DNA of 63,963 nucleotides, counting the filler, from Trypethelium eluteriae (taxonomy: Eukaryota): assembly GCA_051942245.1 (NCBI GenBank). It is 5 parts of 5 records of this genome, joined end to end, with 100 filler letters (N's around TTAATTAATTAA, not from the genome) between each part and the next. Parts side by side here need not be neighbours in the genome. Positions count along the whole stretch, not along the records: positions 53,487 to 63,963 come from JAVECL010000870.1; 4 more parts are not named here. One strand, 5' to 3'. Shown here piece by piece: positions 61,612-63,963 of the stretch. Within the stretch, counting starts at the first letter, position 1. Each line of letters opens with the position of its first letter. The notes under the pieces were generated by a model. That model was given only the letters and a program-made list of their open reading frames with translations. It had not been told where the DNA came from and did no database searches. Position numbers and translations under genes: made by a program.

Positions 61612-63963
61612 ATGGAGTCTTTGATCTCCTGGATCACTGTGTTGTTTGTGTTCGCCTTGCGACTTTGCGCTGCCCAAGATCCGCCACAGCCTTTCCCTCC
61701 CGTTGACTCATATCTCTCCACAACAAATATTCTGAATCACTCGAGCTATGTAGATTCTCTAGACGAACCCCAGTGGTATCTGGACAATATTCCATTCGTA
61801 GACTTTCCGGACTCGGCCATCCAAGATGTCTACTATTATCGGGCCTCGGTGATCAAGAGACATCTGAAGTTTGCTCACGAAGGTCATGGCTGGTCCTTCA
61901 CGGAGTTCATCCATCCTGTCGCGTGGGGTAAGAGGAAATCATTTGTTGACGTGAAAGCTTCGCTAATTCATCTTAGCGAGCAAGCTTCAAACCATCCCAG
62001 ATTCGGCTCCTCATCATATGGTCGAATGTCGATGGCTTCGCAACCCCAACTTTGTCAAGGATCTGATCCAACTTTATACTCGTGCAGGTGTAGAGGCAAT
62101 CAGTGGCATATCATATACCCACTACAATCACCGTGCAATCTACGAGGCAGCGCAGGCGCTCGGTGATACTACCTTCCTCACCTCGCAGCTTTATGGCATG
62201 ATTGATAGCTACAACCTGTGGAATGCTACAATCGACAATACGACCCATCTGTATCATCGAACACCACTTTCTGATGCTCAAGAATTTTCGTTGCCAGGCT
62301 ACGTTACCGGTGGTCCGAATGGTGGCCCTGTGCAATACTGGGAGTCCTTTGACAATGACTACAACACGATCTGGCTTGGCCCTGAAACCTACCGTCCCAA
62401 TTTTAATTCTTATATGGTGGCTGGAGCCCGTGCTATCGCTACCGTTGCCCAACTTGCGGGCAACACTTCGTTGGCACAGGAATGGAATCAATACGGCGAT
62501 GGCTTGTACAGTCGAATGCTCGATATGTTGTATGATAACGACCTTCAATTCTGGATCGATGTGGTGGAAGGCACCAACTTGCCTGTCGTTGGTCGGGAGT
62601 TGATTGGATACTTCCCCTATCGATTCGACGTCGGAACTGGTACGAATATGATCAGGGGGCTTGAAGCTGGCCTTAACGAGCATGAATTTATTACTCAATA
62701 CGGACCCACGACCTTGGAGCAAACTAATCCCTATTATACCGCGTTGAAGAACGTTACATATTGTTGCATCTGGCAGGGCCAGTCCTGGCCTTTCAGTACA
62801 TCTGTGTATCTTGGAACTTTGGCACGATTAGCCAGAAACAATCTTAGCAGCATTGCTACACCGCAACTGTTCTATCAGGCCATGGAGACATACGCATTGA
62901 CGAACTACAAGGATAACATTCCGTATACTGCTGAGTCCCATTATCCAACGATCAATGAATGGTCTGGAGATACTACAAATCACAGCGAGCACTATTTCCA
63001 CTCGACATACTTCGATAATGTTTTTACTAATCTAATTGGAATAATTCCAACTCTCGATAATCGTATTGAGCTCCGTCCGCTAGTCCCGAGTAATTGGTCA
63101 TACTTTGCAGTCGAGAACCTGCCCTACCACGGCTCCCTCATCTCGCTCCTCTGGGACAGCACCGGCACACACTATAGCACTCCAACACATTCTCCCGGTC
63201 TCTCAGTCTACATCAACGGCGGCCTCCTCCACAAACAATCCACGCTCGCCCCCGTCAACATCACGCTCCCCAGCAACACCAGCTCCGCCGTCACCAAGCT
63301 TGCCCAACAACCACGCTACGAGAACATCCTCAGCAACCCCAACGCCCCCTGGGGCCTTCCCAACATCACCGCCGACTACGTCTTCAGCGCCAACGGCGAC
63401 ATCCAGCCCTACCCACCCTGGAAGATGAACGACGGCCTGCTCTGGTACGACGACACACCCGACAACCGCTGGACCAACAACCAGACGCAGCAGCCGTACA
63501 CCACGCTGTCCATCACACTCCCGCGCGCCCGCAACATCAGCAGCATCTCGCTCGCCCTCATGGACGACACCGCGCGCATGAACGGCATCCACGAGGGCGG
63601 CGTCATGGCGTGCCCCAAGGCGATCCGAGTCGCGCTGGCGAACGGGTCCGTGGTCGCGGAGCGCAGCCCTTGGACGGATTGCGTCGGCAACAGCGTCAAT
63701 ACGGTGTTGTTTGCGGCGCCGAGGGCGGGTGGCGCGCTGCCGGGGGATAATGATACGAGTACGTCTGCTGTCGGGACGGGCCAGGTGGTGGAGACGGATT
63801 TCTTGAGCGTCACGGTGCTGAATCAGCAGTATTATTCGGTGGGGATTCCGGAGGTGCAGATTTGGGTGCCGGCGAACTCGGGGCCGCGGTATGAGGCGGA
63901 GGATGGGTTGCTCGGGTGCTTCATTGGGTCGTTTGAGGGACGGAAGTCGGGGTTGAATAATAG
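61612..63963 (+). CDS. Secreted six-hairpin-type glycoside hydrolase with C-terminal beta-sandwich modules; runs off window (intron 61928-61976)
   Basis: Signal peptide; WYLDNIPFVDFPD..IQDVYYYR; DAQEFS; YRPNFNSY; CCIWQGQSWPF; AESHYP...SEHYFHSTY; VENLPYHG; RYEAE near end. Exact GH family not assignable by eye. Confidence 0.82.

Noticed and set aside
1..63963. tRNA, rRNA or CRISPR arrays
   Set aside because: None recognised by eye; small ncRNAs cannot be excluded without a covariance-model search.

Overview
Eukaryotic, intron-containing DNA from a filamentous ascomycete (Pezizomycotina; short GT-AG introns with CTAAC/CTGAC branch sites, RIP-type C>T degraded repeats), with four 100-nt scaffold gaps (N44-TTAATTAATTAA-N44). 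The left end holds LCP5 (truncated), a small hypothetical gene and a patatin-fold gene lacking the catalytic Ser. An accessory zone follows (about 5.7-26.7 kb): a HeLo-like/NACHT/ankyrin NLR, an F-box-like plus C2H2 orphan gene, a nest of RIP-mutated transposons (two copies of a DUF3505 element whose reconstructed protein has tyrosine-recombinase-like motifs followed by a RecQ helicase start, one copy abutting a Pogo/Fot1 transposase), two inverted MITE-like repeats around a membrane-protein gene, and nested Ty3/gypsy LTR elements. A housekeeping block comes next (SET9, MRPL38, RPB9, ESS1, coronin, SCJ1, a Zn2Cys6 factor, YAR1, a PQ-loop transporter, SWA2), then a head-to-head pair of paralogous unknown secreted proteins, a WRKY/GCM1-like gene, an AA9 LPMO and a secreted glycosidase. 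Best leads: (1) RPB9 intron 2 is an in-frame ORF encoding an alternative CxxC-x5-CxxC zinc ribbon and acidic tail; (2) the DUF3505/YR-like/RecQ mobile element; (3) the divergent secreted paralogue pair. All family assignments come from motif recognition, not database searches.
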